Notes: generated from the sequence alone by a model not told the origin. Numbered from the stretch's first letter, positions 40,346 to 54,235 are shown. The stretch: DNA of 64,000 bases from Lingula anatina (GCA_051362555.1 CM120641.1:12896001-12960000); one strand, 5' to 3'. A program made the numbers and translations.

Positions 40346-40929
40346 GTTTCCTAGAGAAAAAAGAAAGAGATAAACAGATGAAAAATTCAAATCATAGAAG
40401 TACACAAGATAAAGACAAGAAAAGACATCATAGGCTGCAATTTTTTGTTTTGGGTTTTATTTAGAAACTGCTTTTAAATCTGGTTTTGTGTTCCTTATCT
40501 AGCATGCAACACTGTGGATTTAAAATTCTACAAAAAATCCAGTTGATACCCAAAGGCTGAAATATCTAAAACTTGCATGTGGTCTATGTGGGTCCCCTCA
40601 TATTTATTTTCAACAAGTGCCTGCTAATCAGGGTCTAACATCCAGGGTCTCACCAAGTGTCATACAACTACATGACTATGACAGTCATCTAAAGTAAAGA
40701 TCACATTTTGTCCAATATCTTTTTCAATTCAGACACTGTTACAGTATGTTCAATGGACAAATGCATATGTATGGCATCTTGACAACAAAATTTCTCAACT
40801 TTAAAAACACTGTTTGAGAATGAAAATTTACATACATATACATCCATTAATGTAAAAGCATTTAACTTCATAAATAGAGACAAATCTTATTCTAAAGGGA
40901 TAATAACTCTTCGTATGAGATCTATATTT

Positions 40930-41215
40930 CACAATAAAAATTGTAAACAACCCATAAAAATATAACATATTGTTGTACCACAAAAACGGCAGTTATAGCT
41001 ATTCTGATATCTGAGCTTGTCTTTAGACCACATGACCTCCATTGATGGCTATACTCTGTTATAATCTCTTAAGAGATTATAACAAAAAAAAACTTTTTAG
41101 AAAAAAAAAACAGGGACCAACTTTGAATGTAAAAATGGATTCATTAACCATTGGTAAGTATGGGAAAATTGTTGTTTACTCCAGGAAAATTCATCTTTTG
41201 GCCAAAACAAAGAAT
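40930..41215 (+). repeat. Dispersed repeat family 2, copy 1
   Basis: Core 'tttgaatgtaaaaatggattcattaaccattggtaagtatgggaaaattgttgtttactccaggaaaattcat' is near-identical to 48482-48625. A diverged inverted copy lies at ~56680-56978. Confidence 0.85.
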
Positions 41216-42276
41216 TATGATTTTCATATCAAATCATAAATATATTCATGAACAAATATACATTTCATATTTTTATATTAAATGAAAATAATTTCTTGAT
41301 AAGCAAAATAATAAACAAAAAATAAATTATATAACTTGTAAATGTGCAATCACCTCATCTAATGTCTGTACAGTCTAACTTCAGACAGAGCAAATGCCAT
41401 CCCCCTTCAAGGACTACAGGTAGGACATGGTGTACATGCACACTTCCTTTGTTCTGATTATAAAGAGACCAAGTAACTATTTGCTAGTGATTTCAAGGCT
41501 AAATTAAATTTTCACGTTCCTAAACTGGAATTCGACAAGTGAAGCAGAATCGGGGCAATTTAGTTCATAGCACCAGGAGTTTATGTCATTCATTATTAAT
41601 GAATGCTGTATGCGCACGCAATGCATTGTCCTTTACGTAAAATTTCCACGGAAATGACTTCGACAGAAATTGGAAAGGCCTGTGCCTGTGTTCCAAAACT
41701 TCGGCAAATCATGTATATCGTTTATTTTAATTATGTATTACGAACATATACTTACTATTTAACCATAAAGATCCCACATCTAGAGTGGTTATGTCTGCAT
41801 TCACAAGCGGTGAGACAGAGCCCCACCACTACGACCGCTTCTACCAGGTCGTTTTGCCTCACCTGTAATCAAGAAATTTGCCCAATAGATGTCGCTAAAT
41901 TGATATACCGCAAGAAGACACCAACTTGATGTCTCTTTCCTCAAATTCTGTTTAGCAGTGTATCGTTCAAGATGTAGGTATATTTTTAAAAGACAATGTA
42001 AAACTAATTCAAATATAATGTGATTGCTGCAAATTATTCCGTATAGGTTTTTCAAATTTCATCAAAAATATTGGCTCTTCTTGCTCTTTCAAGAGAGGAA
42101 GTTTTTTTAGTGATATCCATCGGTCAGACTAAGTCGAACAATAATAAGGCAGAAAGGTTTTTCTTCACCGTGTTGTATCTTTAGGACCACCTTAAACAGG
42201 GAAACAACTTAAAGAACAGGTAAAATACTGTTATCACACCCTTTAATCTTGGCCGTATAATATACAGTTGCGCTAT

Positions 42277-42290
42277 CTCTCTTTCTCTCT

Positions 42291-42347
<57 letters not shown>
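42277..42347. repeat. (CT)n-(CA)n compound microsatellite
   Basis: Directly visible dinucleotide runs. Confidence 0.9.
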
Positions 42348-42808
42348 GTGAAGAGTACAATTTTGTTACTATAACAATAATTATGATTAATTTTTTTGGA
42401 AAACTACCCTTTTACAACTGAGGCATCACAGGGCCAGGGGTCCCCTTTGCCTCAGTTTTCAGCTTTACATGCTTACGGTACCCTTATTGTAGTGGGATGA
42501 TATCTGAAGTAAGTACATATGTACCTTAATTAGAAGCAAAGAAAGCTGGAAACTGAGGTATTAGCTTCTGTGGTGAAGTAGTGAGAAGATTGTTGTTTAC
42601 TGTTTTTTTTTTCATCTGTGCATTGCTCTTTTTTATTCATTTTATTAATTTTTTTTAGGTTTGAATGATAATTTGAATATTTACAATAGTTTTTTTTTTT
42701 TTACTAATGTGCGTAGTCACTGTAATAATTGCAAGCTAAGCCTAAACTAAAAAGAACCATACTCTCACACTTCTGATTAATTCTCTTGCAGTTTATCTCA
42801 GAATAAAG

Positions 42809-45551
42809 ATGCCAGGAGAAAAAACATTTACCGTGCGCCCTAGTGTTCTGTATCCATCTGAAATCTTATCTAAATTAAATGCATGGCGTATGCAAGGGAC
42901 CTTTTGTGACATCTGCCTACAGGCTGTAGATGGGACTAGCTCTGCAGCCCACAGGTTAGTCTTGGCTGCAGCTTCCCAATATTTTGCCAAGATTTTACAG
43001 GAGGAAAGTTCCGACATTTACAATCTTCGTTTAAGCCAAAAAGACCTGGGACTGCTTTTGGATTATGTGTATGGAAAAGATGTCATCCTAACAATGTCAG
43101 AAGCAATGCTCCTGAAAAAAATTGCAAGTGAATATGGGTTTTCTTCACTTTATGAAACCCTATCAATATGTGTTCTCAAGAATCCTTGTGCAGATAAAAA
43201 GAGCATCCTCCCAGAAATTATACCCAAGAATGTAAAAGCTGTAGGGAAAAATGAAAAAGAAACATTGGCAAATGTGATTCTAAAACCATCAGCTGAAGAA
43301 GAAAAGAAAATGGGCCTCAAGAAAGGCTTCAATACCAGTTGTAGAATATTTTCAAAAAAACAAAACCTTTTATATATGCAAATAAAGAGAAAGTATCTTG
43401 TTCGTGCTCATTACAAAAAGAAGTTTGTCAGATCAAATGAAAAGTGGCATGCCTGCTACAAATGTTGCAGCTGTTTTACGTCAGCTAGAAATCTTTCTTT
43501 TCATGAAAAACTTAAACACAGCTTCACTGGAAAGGCTTCAACCAAGGAGTTAAACAAGCTCAAATGTCATTCTCAGACAGAGAAAGAGCTTAAAGTCTCC
43601 CCGTCTTTGAAAGCAGGACAAGAAAAGATTGAACAAAAAAGAAGAAAAATCAAGGTGTCATCATTTGATGTGTTTCCTTGCTCATATTGTTTTAAAGAAT
43701 ATAAAAGTTATGACAAAATGAAAAATCATTTAAGAACATGTGCCACGAAATTGGATGCTATTAAGAAGATTAAAATTAATATTAGAAATCAGACTGCAAG
43801 AGCTGAAGACTATGAATTCCCTGAAGAAGATGACGAAGAAAATCTGGGAAATTTGGATCCAATCTATGAAAATTCTTCAGAAACCAGGACACTGTATGAA
43901 ACAAATATGAAAGAAGATAATATGAGTGATAAACAAAGAACACAAGATATTATGGACATAAGAATAACCAGGAGTGTGGCAACAACATCTTTGCTTCGAT
44001 ATCAGTTTACAGCTACAAGTATGGATAGAGAAAGACTCATCACAGATGAATCTGTTGAGGAGATTTTGGCTTGTAGCATTTGTGGTGCAGAACAAATGTC
44101 AAGAGACAGCCTGCAGCTTCATTTGGCAGTTGAACACCTTCAGGGTCCCAGGTTTACCCGGCCTGTACCATGCCCTGTGTGCTCAGTGCCATATGATTTC
44201 AAAGTCTTGCTCCTAATGCATGTGAGAACTAAGCATGTTAAAGAGGAGCAAATTCACACCTGGAGTCAAATCTCTGTCTGTGATGAAAATGGTTGCAATG
44301 CAATTCTGTTGGGTTCTGCTGAAAGGGAGAGACACATGGACATCCATGCAAGAAGGAAGGAGAGGAATAAGAAGACGTTTAAATGCCTGAAGTGTACAGC
44401 TGTCTTTGACTCTTCAAGCACCCTCCGGGATCACGCAAGGGATTGTCCAGGCGTTCCAAAAAAGTTGAGAAGTCCAAGTTATAAGTGCAAGTTATGTGGA
44501 GCAGGGTTTGTAAAGATGCAATGTCTGTGGCGTCATGAGCATACGAAGCATGGTATAAGCCATGATGATAAAAAGCTACACTGTGCCCACAAATCTTGTA
44601 CGTTCCAGTGCTTCACCTCAACCCAAATGAGCCTTCACCAGAATTGCCACAAAGAAACTAAAAGTTTTGCCTGTGACAAATGTGGCAAGACGTACAAGGC
44701 AAAAAAGTAAGAATCCTTTTTATTGCACAAAATAAAAATTGTTTCACTGAACATAATCCTAATTTAAAGTAGAAATGATCTTTAACAGACTTATTATTAT
44801 TATATTATTATTTAAAGGAAAGCTAATTTGGTCATTGATAATTATTTTGACACCTGAATTGTTATTGTCTTTTCCTTTTTTTTTCCTTGACTATTTTCAT
44901 AATTATTTGATTTCATTTGTAATATATGCCATATTTGTCAATGATAAATTATATATAAAAACTTCATTACTTAGGAATTTACACCAGCATTATCGGCTTA
45001 TTCATGAGTTAAAAGATAAGCAGATATGCAAGAAATGTGGGAAGACGCTGCGCACAGCTTCAACTTTACAAAAACATGAGACCAGATGCGGAGTTAAAGA
45101 CAGACCACTCAAGTGTCCTCAGTGCAACTTAAGTTTTATTACAGCTGACTCAGAAAGTTTAGATTGTATGTACACTCACATTAAAAAAAACCCTACTTCA
45201 TTTAGATGAGGCTTAGAACTTGAAATTTCTTTAAAAAAACAGATTAAATCTGCCTTCTAATATTTTCAACAATCAATTTTTATTTTCAGAATTATACATT
45301 CAAGTAGTTTTTGCAAGATGCAAGTGAACTAATTTGATTTGTAAAAAATGATATGTTGATTTAATGGCAGAGAATGTGAATTTATATATAAAAAAATGTA
45401 TTGTTTCAGATCACATGTTTGCTAAACATGGCGTTGTCCCTAAAAACCGTGATATACACATATGTGAAGTGTGTGGCTATCAGACTACCAGGAAGGCCAT
45501 TCTTAAGAAACATTTAATTTCTCATTCAGGTAATTTTTTAATAGAGGTAGA

Positions 45552-45599
<48 letters not shown>

Positions 45600-46915
45600 T
45601 TAAGACACAATGTTGGAGCTGAGCTGACATAATAAAATGATTAACAGTGGTCTTGAATACCAGTGATAGTTCAAGGAAGTGTAGATGCCCACTGAAAAGT
45701 ATTCTGTTGCAATTTTATGTAAAAAAAGTGAATTTAAAAAGAATATATGATAAAAAAGTATTCCATTTCAATTACATTTTAACTTGGTCAAATTCGATGT
45801 AACACCTGTTGTGTTATGTTAGTGGAGGGGAATAACATAGATATATTTGCAAATATTTAACAACAAAAATATTTTCAACCTTTTTCCACTTAAAATGATG
45901 ATTTCTGTTTTGTTATATTTCAGAGGAGAGAAATTTCAAGTGTTCATTCTGTGACCGTGCATTTAAACACAGAAATACATTACTGCAGCACACGAAAATT
46001 CATTCTGATGACAGACCGTTCCAGTGTCAAATGTGTAATTACAGTGCAAAGGTTAAGTTTTTTACTTGTTACATTTCTTTTACACAAGGGGCATTTTTGT
46101 GTCTTAGCTTAAGCTTACAAATTTTACCAGATTATTAAACACAGTTGCAGTTTGTTTGTCATTGATCCTTGTACTTTTGTTATGAATACTGTGACATCAA
46201 TACCATTACCACGGAGCTCAAACTTAAATGTAGCAAGTAGTGTACACAAATTTACTTAAGATGTTTTGTTTAGTTTTGGAGATGAACAGATTTAAAGCTT
46301 AGGCTTTATACCATCCTCTATGATGTGACATGTTTTAGTGAAAAAATGGGAATTATTAACTGTAGGTTATTTCTTTAATGCGGAATATCTTATGAAATTT
46401 CCTTCCTTTTTCCACAGAAGAGCACAAGTTTACAGTCGCATATACGACTTCAACACACCCACAAGGGCTTAAAGCCATACAAGTGCCCTTACTGCAGTCA
46501 CTGTGCCACTGTGAGATGGAACTGCCACAAACACATTACTACTGCACACCCTGGTAAAGAAGTCAGAGTGGAGTTATTAGCCTGTGAGCCTAGTGACCAG
46601 AAGGTGGCAGCACAAGATGGGGGGACCACTGATGAGTTAAGCACAGGGAGGAATAACCAGAATGCATCCACTGCAAGTCAGAATTTGAGTGAGAAGTCTA
46701 GTAAAGACAACAGATCCCCACCTTCTTCTAATCTTCAGATATATCAGTCAAGCAGTGGGAGTCTCCCTGGTCATCTTAACACATCTGGGGTAGAAAATGC
46801 AGGTGCAACAGAAGAAGGTCAAACCCAACAGAAAGATGAGACACTTTACAGTCCTGGTGTGGACTCTGCAGTGTATGATATAGGAACACTCATAAACTCA
46901 AGTGATCTCTGGTGA
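42809..46915 (+). CDS. BTB/POZ + multi-C2H2 zinc-finger protein (paralog 2). Exons: 42809-44706, 44975-45165, 45410-45529, 45924-46051, 46418-46915
   Basis: BTB: KLNAWRMQGTFCDICLQAVDG..AHRLVLAAASQYF..LLLDYVYG. Many C2H2/C2HC fingers, including HSDDRPFQCQMC and LKPYKCPYC linkers. GT-AG junctions with consistent phases. Confidence 0.92.
45554..45599. repeat. (TG)n(AG)n microsatellite
   Basis: Directly visible. Confidence 0.9.
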
Positions 46916-47572
46916 ATAAAATTGTTGACATAAATAAGGTTATTATAATAACAATTGTTATTGTTATTCATGCAAATCTCAGAGAATATTACAGAACAAG
47001 CATTTCTTTTCATAAAATAGTTTATTTGAATATACATTTTTACTGTTTTGATTTTATGCTTAAACAGTACCAAGTAGGCTTGTTAAGAAACAATAGGAAA
47101 ATAAGATTCACCGGGCAAGACTAGACTAGAACTAGACTAGAAAGAGTTAAGAACATTGAAATACTTTATGAATACCACTGCTTGAAACAATTAATATCAA
47201 ATGATAAAACGCATTTGACAGTAAAGTGAATATTGATATTACAGTGTATGTTTCATAGTGGTTGGGAGTCTGAAATGAAAAGATTGACATTAAACAAATA
47301 AAGCATATCACATAATGCTTACTTTTAACTAGATGGCTGTTCAAGTGAGGGGGTCTGTTTGAAATTGATATTACAGTTTTCAACCAAGAAAAGCTGCTGT
47401 TATGTCATCAGCTTGAATTAGGAAATTCATTCAGATGTATTTTTGATGTGATAGCTTTATCTTTCAATAACACATTATCTATATATAGAAGCAAATAAAT
47501 CGTAATGTAGGGAACCCTCTTAATATCCTCTTCTTCACTGAAAGCATTCTTATAAAAATAGAAAACAGTGCA

Positions 47573-50500
47573 TTATTTCTTCCTCCATGTCCAATCTCCT
47601 TTTTTAAACATTTCTATTTCATTTTGCTTCTTCGTCGTATGAGAAATATTAACAGTATTTGGAGAAAGAGGTTTGTTTGTTGGGATGGGTAAACCACGGG
47701 GTAGGTTCTGCAAACACTCTATCTTCAGAGGTTCTATACCCACATTGACTAGAATATGTGTGTATAACTTAAAATGTCTTTGTTTAACTACACTATAATG
47801 TACTGAATTCAATCCGTCAGTGTTTTGCCTCTTCAGGGCAGTTTTCAAAATCTTCATTCTGAAACATGAAAAGAGTAATTGCATTTTTCTCTAAATGAGA
47901 CTAAAGTAGAAAAAGAAAATAATGTTTACAATATAATGCAGGACCATGATTAAAAAAAATTAACTGAATTTGGAAACGGTAGGGTAAGACATTTTGATAT
48001 TATATGTATAATAAAATAATAAATATTACAAAAAATGTTCACCTGGCTGTATTTATAGTTCTTTTCTGGTGTTCAACAACAAAATATCTTCCAATACTTA
48101 AGGGATGTGGTCTTGTAATTTTGAGACTTGTATGAAGAATCCTGTAAAAAAACAAGACGGTAAGGAATGTAAAGGTTCCTCATTAAGTTTCTGAGGTGTT
48201 TTGTTTGAATAAGGACCACACAAAATCTGAAAGTCTAATGTCTGAAGATTTGTAAGACAGTCTTCCCAACTAACTGGACTCTACCAACAAACGGCTATAT
48301 ATTTCGTCTGGATAGCTAGAAAAAATGGAGATTGTGTTTATTAAAAGCATAAAGTAACACAAACACTCATTATCAATTTATAGGTCCATAAAACCTTTTT
48401 TAATTAAAAGTAAGTGAGCAGAAGAATTGTTTGTCCAAGTGGAACCTTAATAACATCAGTCTTGCAGCTTGAAAAATGAAAATAAGAGATTTTAACAAAA
48501 AAAAAACTTTTTAGAACAAAAAACAGGGACTAAATTTGAATGTAAAAATGGATTCATTAACCATTGGTAAGTATGGGAAAATTGTTGTTTACTCCAGGAA
48601 AATTCATTTTTTGGCCGAAACGAAGGGTTATTATCCCTTTAATTTTCCATGAATTCAATAAATGCTTGAAAAAACCGTTATGTCTTTTGGCACAGGTCAT
48701 CATAATTAGTTGTTTGATGTTTTTCGTAATATTTCAGCCATAAATAAAATCTTCAATTCAATTACATCCATGATTAGCTAGACGATATGGTAACGAGCCA
48801 CAGTTAAATGTTTTACAGGAAACGCAGCAAAACCGCATTCTCTTAGAAAGCAATTTGCAAAACCTTGGTTACCAGGCACTGTGAAAAAATATACATGAAG
48901 TTGAAGACAAAATATGCTATTAAAATAAATGTGCATCTCGTAATACCCTAGCGCAGTCTGACTTGGTATTAATAGTATTAATAACTTGCAAATATTATCC
49001 GAAAGGGTTATTTTTAAAACTTTTTGTAAACTAAAACCTCCATTACTAAATAAAAATATATCACCATACTAGCAAGGCATGATTTTTAAATTATTTTCAT
49101 GATTTACACAAAAAACTAGAGTTAGCCCTTTCTGTCACCAGAGATTTAGAAAAAGTGGAATTCGCGTGTATATCTTTAACTTCATTTTTCACTTTTCTGT
49201 TTTCTTCAAATGGACCTAGGCCTATATATTGAGAATGAGTGAAAACTTCAACTTCTATGCCAATTTTTGAGAGACGACGTTTTGATGTTTCAGACTGAAG
49301 GTAAAGAAAAGTCTGCGACAGGCTGTGGCTGATTATATTCTTTTTTTCAAGGTTGTTTTGAAGTACCTGTTGGCCATATCGTCATCCTCCCCACCCCAGC
49401 CAGGGTAGAGATTCGAATACCCGTTAACCATGGTGAAGTGAATGGCACGAAACATGAGGACACCGCCAACCAGCGTACTGTATTTCAATCTGAAAAAAAG
49501 TCATGGAACACCAGTGATTATATATGTCTGAATAAGGAGTAGGGATTAATAATGCTCGAAGCCCGTTCGTTCTCAAATTTTCCGTACCCTATCCTAAATC
49601 TGACTTTTTATTCACATTACATATATCTAGGTAAATGTATAATTATACTGGGCACTTCGATAAACGCTTCGCAAAACATTACGTAAAATGATCATATATA
49701 TATATATATGTTTTTTATATGCCATTTACCTTGTGCTTTTACAATTTTTGTTACATTTTAGACATATATTTTCGACAAAACATTGATAAACACTGTTTGA
49801 ACAAATTGACAGGCGGGCAGGCCTACTCAATTATTCTCAAAGCACGTGCTTGTATAGGGTCTATATGAAAACATACCTCGCTGAATCGTGGTGCAGCTAA
49901 TTTATTACGTACCGGTAATTATGTCTGCTTATAGATGGGGACATGTGCTTCGGCTGACTAGGACAGACATACAGGTTTCTATCATCTTCTGGGATGACGT
50001 CAACATCGTGGAAGACAACGCAGTCGAAATCGTATATTTTACGAGCTTCCAAAAACCCAGCGTTCATAACTTTTCCCTTGTTAAATATATTGGTGCCGTT
50101 CTGAAATCAGATTCGAAAATATGTTATTTGCAGATAGTATGAATTCATTTTTAACAAACATAATTGTCGGATAAACTTTTAAGTATTATAGCAATTGCGT
50201 TATTTCTTGTGGCAACTTCAAACTTTGGGACGTTTTTTCCCTTCCAATAAATTTGCTAAAGAGATTCTAGAAGTCTTTGTTGACTGCAGAAGATCTTTCA
50301 GCGACTCGTGTGCTGAAATTAAACCTCGTAATGGAACCAAATATTGATACTAATTTTTTTCAGTAGAACAAAAAACGTACATATTATACATCTTATTATT
50401 ATATGAACTGCTTCTGTTGCATGGATAAACCTTAGGGAATAGAGTGAACGCGCTGAATTTCAGGCATATCTACAGGGTGTATCAAAAAAAAAGTGAACAC

Positions 50501-53500
50501 TAAGAAAAATACCCAGAATTTTAAAAATCTATTTCATATATCAAATGTTAATGTAAATATAGGTTCGTAGGGAAGTCATGCTTCAATGCACACCATGGAT
50601 TGTCGTGTCTTTTCATATGTTCTTTTGTCATGAACATCCAATTTTACAAGAATGGCCCCCACGATCGCCCGACTTGAACCCATTGGACTTCTTCTTGTGG
50701 GGTCTCCTCAAATCCAAGGTTTATGTAACCCCACCACGAGACTTGGATGACCTTGAGAGGCGTATCAGGGATGAGGTGGATGTTCTTCGACGGGATAGAG
50801 CCACAGTACGACACGCAGTTTATGACAGGAGGAGAAGAGCTCAAATCTGCTTGAACAGAAATGGACAGCATGTTGAAGATTAAGGGTTAAAACTTTGAAG
50901 TTATCACACATGTACGTATAAACTGTGCATATCGATACTGCTTCAGTTGAAACTTGTGGAGGAGAAGTTCTTGTAAAATTGGTTGTTCATGACAAAAGAA
51001 CATAAGTGGCAGATAACAGGGAAGAAAAGGTTAATTGACAGGTTTTTAATTTGAGAACCATTGATAGAACCATTTCATGGCAATTAATCAACCTTTTGCG
51101 AAAAAAAAGTTCTCGAAATAAAAATTTGATCCTCATGACGTAATTTGACCCTGCTCAGTCATGCGTGAAAAGACACGACAATCCATGGTGTGTATTGAAG
51201 CATGACTTCCCTATGAACCTATATTTACATTAACATTTGATATATAAAACAAAAATTTCAAATTCTGGGTATTTTTCTAACTGTTCACTTTTTTTGATAC
51301 TATAGTAATAAGTATAATAAACTTGATGATATGTCCCTAGGCATCTCTTGTCGTTCCTGAACGGTTAACTGAACAATACCAGTAGGCCTACTAGCTGTGT
51401 AGTCCTGAGCTGATCTTTATTAGGGTCCGGAGATTTCTTTGCCACTGTTTTCTGTTTTTACTGTAATACCATATAAAACTCGACCGATACTGATCATGAA
51501 AATGCGACTTCCAGGTAAGAGAAACAAAATGCTCAATAATGCACCAAACTGTAGTACATGTACGTAGCGATGCGAATCATTTACATACTCCGATATTACG
51601 TTGTATTAAAACCAACTGGCACCTGTTCTATTACGAATATCCTGTAGTCTATCATCTGCCTTTGAAGCAATGGGTGTAGAACACTGAGAAGTAAAGTCAG
51701 GTGAAATTCTCGGTCTCGGTATGGAATGATAACCGCCAGCCGAGTTCGGGAAAAGCAGTTCTTTGGTTTCCATGCCCCACCAGGAAGAAGGTTGTTAATT
51801 TTGGTTGCAACTTGGAACACAGTCAGTGATTTGTTGATTTTCGTTTTGAAGCGCCCCACTGTAAATAAGTAAGAATATCATAATCAATACAGACATATTT
51901 TTTGCAATAATTGATAATCCTTATTTTCATTTGATACTGACAACATCGAAAAACTATGAATTTTCAGTTGAGCTTAAACGAGAATTCAATTCATGACTAT
52001 ATTGTGACTATAATCACTTCTTTCCACTGCAATTTGTCTCTCCCTCTCTCTCTCAATCTCTCGTACAATTTGTCACTCAACGGATAATTTTGGGCAGAGT
52101 ACAATAATGGCAGCTCCAAGTACATCGACCCCCATGCAATCGGATCTGTGGTCCGCGTTGGATACATGTAAGATAGGTACATGTTCCGTAGATGAGCATG
52201 ACTTGTGGACCTATTTGTAGTATCCTGTAGAAAGTGTGGCTTTGGGACCTTTTCACCGTTCAAACTTGAATAGTATATATTTAATAATATACAGACAGCA
52301 TTTGAATGAAATGCATGTCTGCGATTTGTCATTCACACGCACACACTCACAAACACACACACGCACACACACACAAAAAGAGAGAGAGGGAGGGAGGGAG
52401 AGAGAAAAATTAATTTTGATAAATCATATCTCAAGTCGGAAATAAAAATCAATTGGACGGTGAAATAGAACTGATTGCAAACATCAATACTGTTCATCCT
52501 AATTCCCTCTTTAACTTAATTTAGACTGCCATAAAAATTTAGATTTAGCATTTCAATTATCAACAGCGTAACTGTTAAAGTGGTCCATAGTCCGGTCTGT
52601 ACTTCTAAGTATCAATGACGGGAGTGTCCACGAAACTTAAAAGTTACATAAGCATCTTTTAAACAGAATCAATATTTTCACAATGCCGAAAGCAGAGTAA
52701 ATGTCGACTATTCACATCAGTTATGATAACAAGAATGGTCAGTTTAGATGAATTACTGTACCATGAATTGCGAAGTGTTTACACTAGTTCAAGGTCGAAG
52801 TTTTTGAAAATTGCGTTTTCATGGCATTTTAATCCCGATTGCGGTAAACGATATTTCAATGTTATTAAAACTCAGATTTAGAAGCAAAAAGATTTAGAAG
52901 CAGAAGATTTAAAAGGGGTATTTATCTTTATAATGTCGTTACACAGTGCCAGGGTTGAGATTATTCAGATTATTATAAGAATTTCACACCGTCTAGAGAC
53001 GGCATAATAAACAAAATCGTCAACAGAAGTAAAATAGACCAAATTATACCACTTTCGAATTAAAAAATCTTACGCAAATGTAAAGCATTAATTTTTTTAC
53101 AGTTACGATACTTTCAAATGGGCACTGTGCTTCAAATGTGGAAACAGTTCATTAAGACAAACTCAACGCTGTTATTGAAAATTATATTCTTTCTTTAACT
53201 TACGCTTCATAGTGATGCTAATAACAGTAAAAAGTGAAGAATGGACTACTTGACAGTGAAGATATTTACTTCAACATTCAGGTAGGTTGAATAATGCGCT
53301 GCCTAACAATATATGGCGCCATGTCAATAAGTAGCCTAAACGTGACAGGATTTGATGGTCTGTTATTATTTTTGAACTTCACGCCAATCTGTAGGGAGGG
53401 GCTTTACACATGTACATATTTTCAAGAATACATTCTTGATGTTTCCAATACTGGACCACAGGTTCACAAAATAAGACACATTGTTTTCAAAACTAGTAGC

Positions 53501-54235
53501 TTGTCGTTGATATCTGGTTAAGTATTCACTTCATATAATTATTATCGTTACGGGTGGGAAATGGCACTTCAAATATTACTAACCATTCCTGAAGTGATAG
53601 TGGTTATAATATTTAATTTTAAATTTAATCTAAAATGTTATTTAACAGGTTAATGCAACCTTTACTAAATATTATTTCCTTCACAATTTCTAAACGAACT
53701 CTTTTTGGTTTAACGATTTGATTTGATGGTACAGTAACATGTGAACGTTATGCTTCGTCCAGTGGTCATAGTTGACGGTAGATTACCACGGAAGATCAAC
53801 AGATTAGATAATTGTACAATAGAGCATGTAATATGTCCGTCCGTATCCTATTTTCCCTGAGTCATTCCCATTCATTAAAATACGACAAGTAAAGCCAATC
53901 TTTCCAATTCGCTGTGGCTAAAAACTTTATGGGGTTCTCCATCTCTGGGTTCTAGCTGGAAGAGAAAAATTCCTTTACTCACCTAAATCAGGCAGTTGTT
54001 GGTGATCTTCTGGGCAAAGGCTCACAAAGCTAGACTTCTCACGTGGCTTGCTTCTTGTCTGAGTTTGTAACAGGGCTCGGTTTACGACGACATCAGGTTG
54101 ATTTGTCTCTTGCTGATTTGCATTTAAATTAAGATACAGTATAATAAATGCTATCACTACTATCTGAATGAAGACGATCCGTAACTGGAACCGAGTGACT
54201 GTCCACCGCTGATTTCGAAGCCCTGGACACCTCAT
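47573..54235 (-). CDS. GT7 family beta-1,4-N-acetylgalactosaminyl/galactosyltransferase (bre-4/B4GALT-like). Exons (minus): 53983-54235, 51623-51858, 49913-50100, 49367-49489, 48043-48141, 47573-47858
   Basis: Type II TM anchor (IVFIQIVVIAFIILYL). GT7 motifs PGGAWKP..C...LAVIIPYRDREFHL..LQRQMIDYRIFVIEQ, FNKGKVMNAGF, FDCVVFHDVD..PEDDRNLY, LVGGV, NGYSNLYPGWGGEDDD, IGRY..H, DGLNS. Confidence 0.94.
48482..48625 (+). repeat. Dispersed repeat family 2, copy 2
   Basis: Near-identical to 41070-41215. Confidence 0.85.
50473..51300 (+). mobile_element. Internally deleted Tc1/mariner-superfamily DNA transposon in GT7 intron 2
   Basis: TA-CAGGGTGTATCAAAAAA left end. ~140-bp TIRs (50478-50615 vs 51166-51300). 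Transposase C-terminal remnant WPPRSPDLNPLDFFLWGLLKSKVY (about 50652-50883). Confidence 0.92.

Noticed and set aside
48775-48878. Minus-strand segment translating to ..HLTVARYHIV*, resembling a GT7 'IARY' exon
   Set aside because: The candidate acceptor gives an immediate in-frame stop, and the true exon (48043-48141, ITRPHPLSIGRY..H) fits phase and motif better.
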